This document shows positions 37,119-45,606 of a stretch of 64,000 nt of DNA, piece by piece. The notes under the pieces are model-generated. The model was given only the letters and a program-made list of their open reading frames with translations, was not told where the DNA came from and did no database searches. Position numbers and translations under genes: made by a program. Position 1 is the first letter of the stretch, and each line of letters begins with the position of its first letter. Source of the stretch: Syntrophorhabdaceae bacterium (GTDB lineage: Bacteria > Desulfobacterota > Deferrimicrobia > Deferrimicrobiales > Deferrimicrobiaceae); NCBI GenBank assembly GCA_009783195.1, contig WRHP01000003.1, positions 4,096 to 68,095 of the forward strand, in the 5' to 3' direction.

Positions 37119-38647
37119 TACAGAGACCGGCTAAACAAATCGTGATCAACGCGGCTCCTTACGAAACACGCGTGGCAACCCTCGAATCGGGAATGCTTGC
37201 CGAGTTGCTCATCGAACGAGGCGAGGACAAAAACTCCGTCGGCAATATCTACAACGGCAAGGTCATTCGCGTCCTTCCGGGTATGCAAGCCGCCTTCGTG
37301 GATATCGGAATGGACAAGGCCGGGTTCCTTTTCGCCGGCGACTTCGTGACCCCGCAGCTTGAATTCGACACCGACCCGACCGAAGAGCCGGAACTGCAAG
37401 ACGACATCGGCATACGCCACGCCCGCTATCCGCAAGATCATTTTCTTCCCCCAATCGAGGGGCTGATCCGCGAGGGACAACATCTGCTGGTTCAGGTCGC
37501 CAAAGAACCTTTGGGAACAAAGGGCGCCAGGATCACCAGCCACATAACTCTCCCTGGCCGTCACCTGGTGCTGCTAACCTGGTCCAATCATATAGGAATC
37601 TCACGGCGCATCGAAGACACAGAGGAGCGGGACCGCCTGACAAAGATCGTCGAGTCTATCCGCCCCGAAGGGATGGGCGCAATCGTCCGCACGGCCGCGG
37701 AAGGCGGCTCCGAGGAAGAACTGCGCTCCGACATGGACTACCTTGTTCGCCTGTGGGAAACGATCCGCAAGAAAAGCGAGAATGCCGCCGCCCCTTCCCT
37801 GATCCATCGGGAGCTTTCGCTCTCCTGCCGCGCGGTGCGCGATCTCTTCTCAAGTGATCTGGACCGGATCGTTGTTGATTCGCCCGATGAGTACAACCGG
37901 ATCCGCAACTTCGCCGCGCAGTTTTTCCCCAGCGCCCAGGACAACATCGAGTTGTACACCAACTCCGAGCCGATCTTCGACAACTACGGGATAGAGATCG
38001 AACTGACGCGCGCGCTCGACAAGAAAGTGTGGCTCAAGTCCGGCGGCTACATTGTAATCGAGCAGACAGAAGCGCTCACCGTAGTGGACGTAAACACGGG
38101 CAAGTATGTGGGCCGCTCATCACTTGAAGACACAACGGTCAAGATCAACCTGGAGGCGGTCAAGGAGATCGTTTACCAGCTCAGGCTGCGCAACATAGGC
38201 GGAATCATCATCATCGACTTCATCGACATGAAAAACGAGGAGAACCGCGACAAGGTATATAACGCGCTGGTCGATGCGCTGATGGCGGACCGCAGCAAAA
38301 CGACGATCTGCAAGATCTCGGAACTGGGGCTGGTCGAGATGACCCGCAAGCGCGTCAGGGAGAGCCTTGGGCGCTCCATTTCCGAAGCCTGTCCCTACTG
38401 TTCCGGGGAAGGCGTGATCAAGTCAAAGAAAACGATCTGCTACGACATCTTCCGGGCCCTTGAGCGTCAAAGCATCCTTCTGCCGGGCCGGCAAGTGTCG
38501 CTATACGTGCATCCCGCCTTGGCCGAAGAGTTGTTTGGCGAAGAACGGCGGTTCATCGAGATCCTCGAACAAAAATTGGGGATGAAGGTGAATATCTCGG
38601 CTTCCGAGAAGTATCACATCGAGCAGTACCGTATCGAGCCAAGCTGA
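37115..38647 (+). CDS. rng: Ribonuclease G / Rne-Rng family ribonuclease
   Basis: 510 aa. S1 domain GNIYNGKVIRVLPGMQAAFVDIG and catalytic region GGIIIIDFIDM. ATGA overlap with the upstream radical SAM gene. Confidence 0.88.
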   Translation: MIQRPAKQIVINAAPYETRVATLESGMLAELLIERGEDKNSVGNIYNGKVIRVLPGMQAAFVDIGMDKAGFLFAGDFVTPQLEFDTDPTEEPELQDDIGIRHARYPQDHFLPPIEGLIREGQHLLVQVAKEPLGTKGARITSHITLPGRHLVLLTWSNHIGISRRIEDTEERDRLTKIVESIRPEGMGAIVRTAAEGGSEEELRSDMDYLVRLWETIRKKSENAAAPSLIHRELSLSCRAVRDLFSSDLDRIVVDSPDEYNRIRNFAAQFFPSAQDNIELYTNSEPIFDNYGIEIELTRALDKKVWLKSGGYIVIEQTEALTVVDVNTGKYVGRSSLEDTTVKINLEAVKEIVYQLRLRNIGGIIIIDFIDMKNEENRDKVYNALVDALMADRSKTTICKISELGLVEMTRKRVRESLGRSISEACPYCSGEGVIKSKKTICYDIFRALERQSILLPGRQVSLYVHPALAEELFGEERRFIEILEQKLGMKVNISASEKYHIEQYRIEPS

Positions 38648-38717
38648 CATCTTTGTTTTCTCTTGCCCGGACAAAGGGGCAGGAGAACGCAAAGATTCCA
38701 CAGAATCAGGTTTCGGC

Positions 38718-38747
38718 TTGACTTTGGCAAGTGTCGCTACATATAGT
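38718..38747 (+). promoter_or_regulatory. Putative sigma70-type promoter for tRNA-Thr
   Basis: TTGACT (38718-38723), an 18-nt spacer, then TATAGT (38742-38747), about 30 nt upstream of the tRNA 5' end. Confidence 0.4.
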
Positions 38748-38776
38748 CATTAATTCACATGTCCCGGCCTGGCCGC

Positions 38777-38851
38777 GCCAGCGTAGCTCAGTGGTAGAGC
38801 AGCTGATTCGTAATCAGCAGGTCGTCGGTTCAATCCCGACCGCTGGCTCCA
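38777..38851 (+). tRNA. tRNA-Thr (anticodon CGT)
   Basis: 75-nt cloverleaf built by eye. Acceptor GCCAGCG/CGCTGGC, D-arm GCTC-AGTGGTA-GAGC, anticodon stem GCTGA/TCAGC with loop TTCGTAA, T-arm GTCGG-TTCAATC-CCGAC, and an encoded CCA. Confidence 0.9.
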
Positions 38852-38862
38852 ACAAAATCAAG

Positions 38863-38900
38863 GGGTTACCATCGAAAAGAGGGTAGCCCTTTCCCTTTTG
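38863..38900 (+). terminator. Intrinsic terminator after tRNA-Thr
   Basis: 8-bp stem GGGTTACC / GGTAGCCC (one G-T pair), an 11-nt loop, then TTTCCCTTTTG. Confidence 0.5.
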
Positions 38901-39222
38901 CCGCTATCATCCCGCTAACAATTTCTTTAAAAAAAGCGATCTTCGCTCCCCTTTCACTCTATTTCCAGAATTTAGTCCAAATTGTTATGGAAGATCCGAC
39001 AATCTTACGACGAAGAAAAAGCGGCGTCTCCGTACTCCATGCGTTGCAAACGCCGTCAAGCATTGCGTAAATCTTATGCTTGGCGTCAGTTTTCCTCGGT
39101 TCTAAACCAGGATTAATGCTGTTTCAAGGATCGGCCGCCTGGGCCGGTTTTCTTGTGCCGATCAACAGCTCGTTTTGCAGCCTTTGGGATAAATCGATAA
39201 TCTGCGAAATCTTACGCAAACA

Positions 39223-39804
39223 TCATCCGCCGCGAAGCATCATAAATGTTTCGGCAACAGCGGCGGCAACCAGTAACGGAAAAATCAGCTTGAAGTATCG
39301 CTGCAAGGCGATGCCCGCAAGCTCGCGTATGCTCCGCTCCTCTTTGCCCTGAAGACGCCTGATCGACCCGATCCCCAACCAGATACCGTACGCCGCGACA
39401 ACAAGAAGCGCCGGAACTTCAAAGATTGCCTGCGGAATCATGTCCAGCGCCGCATGCTTTGCCCCCGACGACTCCAGGATATGACGATAGACCATTCCCG
39501 CCATGAATCCGTTCGTCCCAACCACCAACACTGGAATGACACCGCCCAAAATACCCAAAAACATCAGCAACAACGACGCAAACACGTTGTTTACAAGGAT
39601 GATCAGAAAGACGGAACCGCCGGCCATCTCTCTGACCGGAGCCTGCATCAGTTCCACCAATTTTTTCGTCATCTCTTGCAAGGAGGGGTTTGTATTAGAC
39701 AACCCCGCGGCAACCGCGGCCACAAACAGCAGCGCCAAAAACGCAACGCACCACCTGACAGGCTTTTCGGGGATCAGTTTTTCCACGGCCCGCGAAATCA
39801 TCAT
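39223..39804 (-). CDS. Polytopic membrane protein, DUF95/SpoIIM-like
   Basis: 193 aa with about five hydrophobic segments. The region FLIILVNNVFASLLLMFLGILGGVIPVLVVGTNGFMAGMV resembles the SpoIIM/DUF95 family. Confidence 0.55.
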   Translation of the reverse strand: MMISRAVEKLIPEKPVRWCVAFLALLFVAAVAAGLSNTNPSLQEMTKKLVELMQAPVREMAGGSVFLIILVNNVFASLLLMFLGILGGVIPVLVVGTNGFMAGMVYRHILESSGAKHAALDMIPQAIFEVPALLVVAAYGIWLGIGSIRRLQGKEERSIRELAGIALQRYFKLIFPLLVAAAVAETFMMLRGG

Positions 39805-39893
39805 CGTCCCACTTGTACCAGACTCATCGGAAAATGAAAACGGAAAGAGGCGCGCATCATAAATGCATGTTAAAAGGGCTTTGCTTTTGTCGG

Positions 39894-40460
39894 CTACAGT
39901 AAGTCGAACGCGCCGGCGTAGGTCATGAAGGTGACTGAGTCGTGCAGAACCAGGCGAACAACCTTTACTGTGGTCGCCTCGGACTCAAGGAAAGATGATA
40001 CGGCGCAAAGCGCAACCGCAGCCGCCTGATCCACGGGATACCCATAAGCCCCGGTGCTGATAGAGGGAAAAGCGATGGAACGCAGGCCAAGCTTGACGGA
40101 AACGCGGAGGGCGTTTCGGTAGCAGGAAGCAAGCAGTTCAGCCTCGCCAACGTCGCCGCCTTGCCACATCGGCCCCACGGCATGGATCACGTATTTCGAG
40201 GCAAGATTCCCGGCGGACGTAAAAACAACCTCTCCGGGCGGACATCGCCCATGAATGCTTCGTATAGCCTGGCACTCTTCAAGAATAGATGGGCCGCCGG
40301 CACGGTGGATCGCGCCATCGACACCGCCACCGCCCAACAGCGACGGGTTGGCAGCGTTTACGATCGCGTCCATTTCCTGGAGGACAATATCGCCCTGGAT
40401 CAGCTCTATGGTTTTTTCGCCGATCTTCTTTTTCATATGCTGGCGTGAGTTATATGGCAT
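39894..40460 (-). CDS. Macro domain protein (YmdB-like O-acetyl-ADP-ribose deacetylase)
   Basis: [60 protein letters not shown]. An alternative start is ATG 40436. Confidence 0.85.
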   Translation of the reverse strand: MPYNSRQHMKKKIGEKTIELIQGDIVLQEMDAIVNAANPSLLGGGGVDGAIHRAGGPSILEECQAIRSIHGRCPPGEVVFTSAGNLASKYVIHAVGPMWQGGDVGEAELLASCYRNALRVSVKLGLRSIAFPSISTGAYGYPVDQAAAVALCAVSSFLESEATTVKVVRLVLHDSVTFMTYAGAFDLL

Positions 40461-40478
40461 TTGCTCGACACGAATCCT

Positions 40479-40748
40479 TTAGTCCCAAGCGATTGACGAC
40501 CAGGAAAGCGCCGCGGACTTTTTCTCCTGTGGAAACAGGTAGGAGTGGGGCTCGGAGGCTGCTCCTGTTTCTTCTTCGTTAGCGGCGTCGGCATCGATGA
40601 AAACCTTATGAAAATCCCCATAACCGTCACTGACCTGGGAAGATTTATCGTACGGATCAGAGCCGGTGGCCGGGATCACAAGCGCAAAACAAAGTATGGT
40701 GCCCGCGGCAAGAAAAACAGGCCATTTACGGTCAGAAGATTTCTTCAA
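40479..40748 (-). CDS. Small hypothetical membrane-anchored/exported protein
   Basis: The track ORF starts at TTG 40805. The internal TTG 40748 has a GGAAGG SD 6 nt upstream and gives MKKSSDRKWPVFLAAGTILCFALVIPATG (a signal/anchor). No recognisable family. Confidence 0.4.
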   Translation of the reverse strand: MKKSSDRKWPVFLAAGTILCFALVIPATGSDPYDKSSQVSDGYGDFHKVFIDADAANEEETGAASEPHSYLFPQEKKSAALSWSSIAWD

Positions 40749-41003
40749 TTCGTTCCTTCCTGTGGTTATATCCTTGAAGAAAGGCGCTTTCCGTGTATTC
40801 GTCAATCCACACAGATCATTTATCTTTTATCACTCTAATTTAAGCTATTTTATATGTAAAGACCATATAACTTAAGTTTTCAGGAATATCCGTTTCATTT
40901 TAGCCTTTTTGTCGGTTAAATACGTAATCATCGATTCAGAATTGAGACTTGGGAACGGTATACTGGAACCTATCCGGTTTTCACGCCGTCGGGAGGATGC
41001 TTC

Positions 41004-41327
41004 ATGGACATGCTCTATAAGAAAACCCTGACCGTTGTTATAGTTTTGGGGGTCTCTTTTCTGTGCTGCTGCACCGCGTCCCGCACGGAAACAACGGCTA
41101 ACCCTTCACTGCCTGAACCGGCAATACGTCTCCCCTACGGCACAGCTCCGCTGATCATTGAACACGCAACACCGCCGCCGCCAGGCTCCGTGCAATCGAC
41201 CTTGCCCGCCGAAGCACAGGAAGGGACGGCGCGCTCTCTGCGGCTATTCCAAATAAACTTGGGGCACATAAAAACAGGCCCGGTTTCCACAAATGAAACA
41301 CCGGACCTGCCCGAAACCGAGCCATAA
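41004..41327 (+). CDS. Hypothetical exported protein
   Basis: 107 aa. GGGAGGA SD 6 nt before the ATG. N-terminal hydrophobic segment TLTVVIVLGVSFLCCC, then a Pro/Thr-rich sequence. No family recognised. Confidence 0.45.
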   Translation: MDMLYKKTLTVVIVLGVSFLCCCTASRTETTANPSLPEPAIRLPYGTAPLIIEHATPPPPGSVQSTLPAEAQEGTARSLRLFQINLGHIKTGPVSTNETPDLPETEP

Positions 41328-41337
41328 ACCAAGGAGA

Positions 41338-43182
41338 TCAGCGACCTCGACCACCGCCTCGGCTACCGCCGCTGCTTCCGAATCCACCGCCCCCACGGCT
41401 AAACCCGCTTCCACTACTTCTTCCACCGCTACGCCCCACCGTGCTAGATCCACGCCCAGAAGAAGATGATGAGGACCTTGACGGCGTGGAAGACGAATAC
41501 GAACCCGTAGAGCGCGACGGCATTGACGGCGAGGGAGACGAATACGAACCCGTGGAGCGCGACGGCATTGACGACGAGGGAGACGAGTACGACCCCGTGG
41601 AGCGCGACGGCATTGACGGCGAGTGAGACGAGTACGAACCCGTGGGGCGCTCACGAACTGAAGAATTATCGCGTGAGGGAAATGTCGGCGAGGCCGCAGT
41701 CTGCTCACGAGTCGTAACAATACCGCGCGAAGGAGACATCGATGAGACACCCGACCGCTCATAAATCGAAGAAATATCACGCGAAGGAGACATAGACGAG
41801 ACGCCCGGACGCCCGCGGGTCGAAGAAGCGTCACGCGAAGTATTTATTGCTGAAGAGCTTCTCGTCGATCCGGCAGCCTGAGATGCCGATCTCATCTGCT
41901 CCGGCCGCACCGGCCGCATGTCTACGCGAGAGGCGGAAGTCGCGGATGACCGCGCCGTAACCGCTGCCTGCCTCTCCGCCTGGACTGTCCTCACATCGCG
42001 CCACTGCCGTGACCCTGGCTCCGTGCCGCTTTGCGCCACATACACACTGTTGCTCTCCAGCGCCCGGTTCCAGCTCAGAAGCCGCGAGTCGTTACGGCTC
42101 ATCGCTGGCGAACGATACCGCTCACCAGGCTGCAACGGAACCCAGCGAACATTGCGCCCTTCCGGAATAAACCGCGCGTTGGCGGTCCGATAGTAGAAGT
42201 TTCGGTGGTGATAATAACCGTAGTTACGATAGTAACCCCACCCCAATGGGAAGCTGATTGAGACAAACGAACCGTACGGGGTCCATACCCACCCGATGCC
42301 GGCCACGCTAACCCAATAGCCTGTGCGGTATGGATACCAACCCCACGGCTCGTAGGCAATCCAGGTCCATCCATAAGGAGAAACCCACTCCCACCGCCCA
42401 TATACGTACGGTGACCAGTTGCTTGCTACGCGAGGCTGCCAGACATACCCGTAGGAGGAAGTGTAGACCCATTTGCCGTAATCGCGCAGTTCGTAACTGA
42501 CGACAGGAGGCACACCTGTATCGCGCTCCTGCGTAGTGGGAGGCGCCGGATCGGGGGTTGATTCGCCAGTGCTGTTGTATTGCGACACGGTAATGCTGCG
42601 TCCGATCACGGCCTGCTGCCCTTCGAGAATGCGGGTCGTCTCCCCTTCCTGAGCCACAGTCGCGTGGCCACGTCGAACAACGAGATGCGTTGAGTCTTCA
42701 TCTGTAGCCGCCAGCCAGTAACGGCCCGGCTCGTCAAAACGGGCAGTTGCGCCACCGGGAACGCGAACTGAAACGGGAGCGAAATCGTCCCCCGGCAGAT
42801 CGAAACGAATCTCTCCAGCGCGAAGCCGGAAACGGGTTCTCTCCTCGGACATTCCAAGAATCTCGATATCGACCCCGGAAGTCAGCAGAACGAATTGGCC
42901 GGCATGAAACTGCAACTCGGCCTCGGCCTCGTCAGGCACGCTTACACGGTTATTGGGACCCAGCGGGGTGTTGGTGGTGGCTTCCTGCCAGTCCGAATCA
43001 GGAGTTTTGGAGTAAATCACCCCAGAGAGCACCTTCAAGCGGCTGATGGCATAGGCAGGGATGCCTGGCGACTCGTCTTCTTCCGGCTCTGACGCAAAAA
43101 CTTGTAGTCCGGAAAACGCGACCAGGCATGCAATAACAGAAAAAACCGTGATAAACAGCTTGATTTGTTTTAGAAAGTTCAT
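41338..43182 (-). CDS. Exported FecR-like / Trp-Tyr-Gly-rich protein with Ser-rich repeats and RGG-like tail
   Basis: 614 aa. Signal peptide MNFLKQIKLFITVFSVIACLVAFSGLQVFA-SE. A beta-rich FecR-like N-domain, an aromatic block (YGYVWQPRV...WEWVSPYGWTWIAYEPWGWYPYRTGYW), S/R/T-rich repeats, and the terminal sequence GRSGGRSSGSGFSRGGGGFGSSGGSRGGGRGR. Confidence 0.7.
   Translation of the reverse strand: MNFLKQIKLFITVFSVIACLVAFSGLQVFASEPEEDESPGIPAYAISRLKVLSGVIYSKTPDSDWQEATTNTPLGPNNRVSVPDEAEAELQFHAGQFVLLTSGVDIEILGMSEERTRFRLRAGEIRFDLPGDDFAPVSVRVPGGATARFDEPGRYWLAATDEDSTHLVVRRGHATVAQEGETTRILEGQQAVIGRSITVSQYNSTGESTPDPAPPTTQERDTGVPPVVSYELRDYGKWVYTSSYGYVWQPRVASNWSPYVYGRWEWVSPYGWTWIAYEPWGWYPYRTGYWVSVAGIGWVWTPYGSFVSISFPLGWGYYRNYGYYHHRNFYYRTANARFIPEGRNVRWVPLQPGERYRSPAMSRNDSRLLSWNRALESNSVYVAQSGTEPGSRQWRDVRTVQAERQAAVTARSSATSASRVDMRPVRPEQMRSASQAAGSTRSSSAINTSRDASSTRGRPGVSSMSPSRDISSIYERSGVSSMSPSRGIVTTREQTAASPTFPSRDNSSVRERPTGSYSSHSPSMPSRSTGSYSSPSSSMPSRSTGSYSSPSPSMPSRSTGSYSSSTPSRSSSSSSGRGSSTVGRSGGRSSGSGFSRGGGGFGSSGGSRGGGRGR
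41491..41643 (-). repeat. In-frame 45-nt tandem repeat (~3.4 copies) encoding TGSYSSPSxSMPSRS
   Basis: The plus-strand unit gacggcattgacggcgagggagacgaatacgaacccgtggagcgc recurs. The minus-strand translation is TGSYSSHSPSMPSRS / TGSYSSPSSSMPSRS / TGSYSSPSPSMPSRS / TGSYSS. Confidence 0.9.
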
Positions 43183-43257
43183 GGCTCGATACCTCTCGGT
43201 TTCATGCTGGTTAGACGAGATGGCACGCGCCGATTATTCACCCCTGGAATAAATCAT

Positions 43258-44814
43258 TCATGAGGGCGTTACTATCTTTTCCCATAATGGCCGCCCAAAC
43301 TGGACCCATGGCACAGAATTACTTCGGTCAGCCACAGCGACGGCGACGGCAAAACACATCCTGCCGTTTGACACGCTTTCGCCGAACCGCTCCAGATTCC
43401 GGACCTCGAACGCCACCCTCGCGACCGGCTGCCTGAAAAAAACTTTTGCAGGCTGGCGCGACTCATTATTCAAGAACCAGCGCTCAAAATAATTCGTCCC
43501 GAAAAAGAGGGTTGCCACGGTTAGCAATATGATCCAAAGCAACAGAATTAAAAGAAAACGCAGGTTCAGGAATTGCAGGCGCTTTGAACGCGCCGGCACG
43601 GTCAAAATTTTCTGCGGCGCGATGCGTTGCCTGGGTTCCGGAGGCAAAGGAGCAAGCTGTTTCGCCGTAAGTTGAGACGGCACGGCGGAATCTTCAGAGG
43701 GTTGTATTTTTAGCATGTTCTCCAGCGCTGAAGCAGTCTCCCCGGAACTGTCGTCCAGTTCTTCACGCAATACCGCATTCACAGACTCATCGTGCCCGGA
43801 AAAGCTGTCTTGATCTTCCGAATCCGACAGTTCGGGCGGCAGACTCACGGACGCGGGAATATCTTTTTCCGGAAGCACGGAGGATGGCGCATCGGGTACC
43901 TCCGAGGCAGCCATGTCGATCTCTTTGAGCAGGTCGGCCATTGCGCGCGACGTAATGGAGGCGGGCCGCACATCTGACTTCTTGGGAACCGCCTCATCGA
44001 CCTCTTTGGGCAGAGCAACATTCTCGCGCGGCTTATCGGAGGCGGGCGGCGCATCAGGCGTATCAGGAACAGCATCCTCGATCTGTTTGAGCAGGTCGAT
44101 GTTAATGCGCGGCATATCGGAAGCAAACAGCGCATCAATAGCGTCAGGAACCGCCTCGTCGATCTCTTTAAGCAGATCGATGTTAATGCGCGGCATATCG
44201 GAAACAAACAGCGCATCAGGAGCGTCAGGAACCGCCTCGTCGATCTCTTTGAGCAGGTCGGCGTTCTCGCGCGGCATATCGGAGGCGGGCGGCGGCGCAT
44301 CAGGCGTATCCGATGCCCCAATATCAATCTCTTTGAGCAGATCGATCATATTGCGCGAAGCATCGGGAGAAGACGGCACACCGGGCATTTCCGGAACCGC
44401 AACGTCGATCTCATTGAGCAGATCAATCATCACGCGCTGCGGAGGTGTTTCTTCAGCGGGCGGAGGAAGCTTTGCCTCTTCTTTCTTTGCTTCTATGGGC
44501 GGCGGAAGCACCGCTTCTTCTTTCTTTGCTTCCGGGGGCGGAGGGGGCGTTGCCTTTTCTTCTTTTGCTTCCGCAGGCGGCGTACTGACCGGCTCCTTCA
44601 CGGGCTCCGGTTTGCGCTCTTTTCCAGACAAAATAGGGATAGGCTGTGGAATGTCGTTCGAAACTATCTCTGCGTCTTTCAACCCAGGGTTCTCTACCAC
44701 GATAGATCCGCCACATTTGCGGCAGCGGACACTGATCGCTCTGGATTTCTTAAACAGAGCTTTGGCCAGACGGTATCTTGAGTGGCAGGACTCACACTCG
44801 ATCACTATGACCAT
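43258..44814 (-). CDS. MJ0042-type zinc-ribbon protein with acidic 27-aa repeats, one TM helix and DUF3426-like C-terminal domain
   Basis: 518 aa. N-terminus MVIVIECESCHSRYRL...VRCRKCGGSIVV (CxxC...CxxC), PPPxEAKKEE repeats, seven DLLKEIDEAVPDxPD units, TM helix FLLILLLWIILLTVATLFFG, and a ~90-aa C-terminal domain. Confidence 0.75.
   Translation of the reverse strand: MVIVIECESCHSRYRLAKALFKKSRAISVRCRKCGGSIVVENPGLKDAEIVSNDIPQPIPILSGKERKPEPVKEPVSTPPAEAKEEKATPPPPPEAKKEEAVLPPPIEAKKEEAKLPPPAEETPPQRVMIDLLNEIDVAVPEMPGVPSSPDASRNMIDLLKEIDIGASDTPDAPPPASDMPRENADLLKEIDEAVPDAPDALFVSDMPRINIDLLKEIDEAVPDAIDALFASDMPRINIDLLKQIEDAVPDTPDAPPASDKPRENVALPKEVDEAVPKKSDVRPASITSRAMADLLKEIDMAASEVPDAPSSVLPEKDIPASVSLPPELSDSEDQDSFSGHDESVNAVLREELDDSSGETASALENMLKIQPSEDSAVPSQLTAKQLAPLPPEPRQRIAPQKILTVPARSKRLQFLNLRFLLILLLWIILLTVATLFFGTNYFERWFLNNESRQPAKVFFRQPVARVAFEVRNLERFGESVSNGRMCFAVAVAVADRSNSVPWVQFGRPLWEKIVTPS
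43879..44430 (-). repeat. In-frame 81-nt tandem repeat array (~7 units, 27-28 aa each)
   Basis: Units start at residues D131, D158, D186, D213, D240, L268 and D294. The two central copies (DLLKEIDEAVPDAxDALFxSDMPRINI) are nearly identical at the nucleotide level. Confidence 0.9.
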
Positions 44815-44895
44815 GTGTGCGATTATGCCACGGAAAACGCAAGAATCGAACTCGGGAGTATAATTTTCATTTCTGACGACGCGACGGAGGGCCGC

Positions 44896-45606
44896 TTGTA
44901 TCGAATGGACGACAAAAATCGCGCCATTGGAGAGATGTTCTCCCGGATCGCGCCCATGTATGACTTGCTAAACCGTCTCCTTTCGGCGGGAATCGATCGC
45001 CAGTGGCGGCGCGCCGCCGTTGCGGAAATGTCGCCTGCCCTCGGCGGACGGCATCTGGACCTTGCGACCGGAACAGCGGACATGGCGCTGGAGATCGTCC
45101 GGCAGAAAAGAAAACCGGTCTTCATCGCCGGAGCCGATATTTCCCCCGAAATGCTGCGGATCGGCCGAAGCAAATGCGTCAAGGCGGGGGCGGATGCCCA
45201 CGTCTTTTTCGTCCGCGCGCCAGGCGAGTCGCTTCCTTTCCGTGACGCTGTTTTCGACTCCGCCTGCGTTGCCTTCGGCATCAGGAACATCGTGGATCGG
45301 AGCTTGGGACTGCGGGAAATGTGCCGGGTAGTTCGTCCGGGCGGGCGCATCGTCATTTTAGAGTTTTCGATGCCGCAGGGACGCATCCTTGGCAGTCTGT
45401 ACCGCTTCTATTTCACGCAGGTCCTGCCGCGCATCGGCGCAATGGCGTCATCAAACCGCGACGCATACCAATATCTGCCTGAATCGGTGCTTGCGTTTCC
45501 TAAACCATTGGAATTCAAACAGATTATGCTTGCGGCGGGATGTAGTTCCGTAACAAGCCGCCCACTCACTTTCGGAATAGTAACGCTATACGTGGGAACG
45601 CGCTGA
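44896..45606 (+). CDS. ubiE: Demethylmenaquinone/ubiquinone C-methyltransferase
   Basis: MFSRIAPMYDLLNRLLSAGIDRQWRR and the SAM motif HLDLATGTADMALEI. TTG 44896 sits 5 nt after GGAGGG, with ATG 44905 as the alternative. The track start 44782 overlaps the divergent gene. Confidence 0.85.
   Translation: MYRMDDKNRAIGEMFSRIAPMYDLLNRLLSAGIDRQWRRAAVAEMSPALGGRHLDLATGTADMALEIVRQKRKPVFIAGADISPEMLRIGRSKCVKAGADAHVFFVRAPGESLPFRDAVFDSACVAFGIRNIVDRSLGLREMCRVVRPGGRIVILEFSMPQGRILGSLYRFYFTQVLPRIGAMASSNRDAYQYLPESVLAFPKPLEFKQIMLAAGCSSVTSRPLTFGIVTLYVGTR

Noticed and set aside
39131-39148. Short GC hairpin followed by TTTTCTT on the plus strand between tRNA-Thr and the DUF95-like gene
   Set aside because: The stem is only 5-6 bp, there is no upstream plus-strand gene to terminate (the tRNA has its own terminator), and only a 27-codon ORF without an SD lies nearby.
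39080-39352. 90-aa plus-strand ORF downstream of tRNA-Thr
   Set aside because: It overlaps the 3' end of the convincing minus-strand DUF95/SpoIIM-like membrane gene, and it has no SD or motifs.
38852-41003. Possible genomic island integrated at tRNA-Thr (macro-domain protein, small membrane proteins, AT-rich borders)
   Set aside because: There is no integrase, no direct repeat of the tRNA 3' end that I could find by eye, and no phage or plasmid genes. The macro-domain protein looks like a housekeeping YmdB-type enzyme and has no DarT-like partner.
41244-41834. 196-aa minus-strand ORF with RLPRRQCRRA repeats
   Set aside because: It is an alternative frame of the Ser-rich 45-nt repeat region of the 614-aa exported protein, and it has no independent start context.
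43913-44863. 316-aa plus-strand ORF with repeated ISLSRS / GTASS units
   Set aside because: It is the antisense image of the 81-nt repeats in the zinc-ribbon gene. The sense-strand ORF has a proper zinc ribbon, a TM helix and a C-terminal domain.
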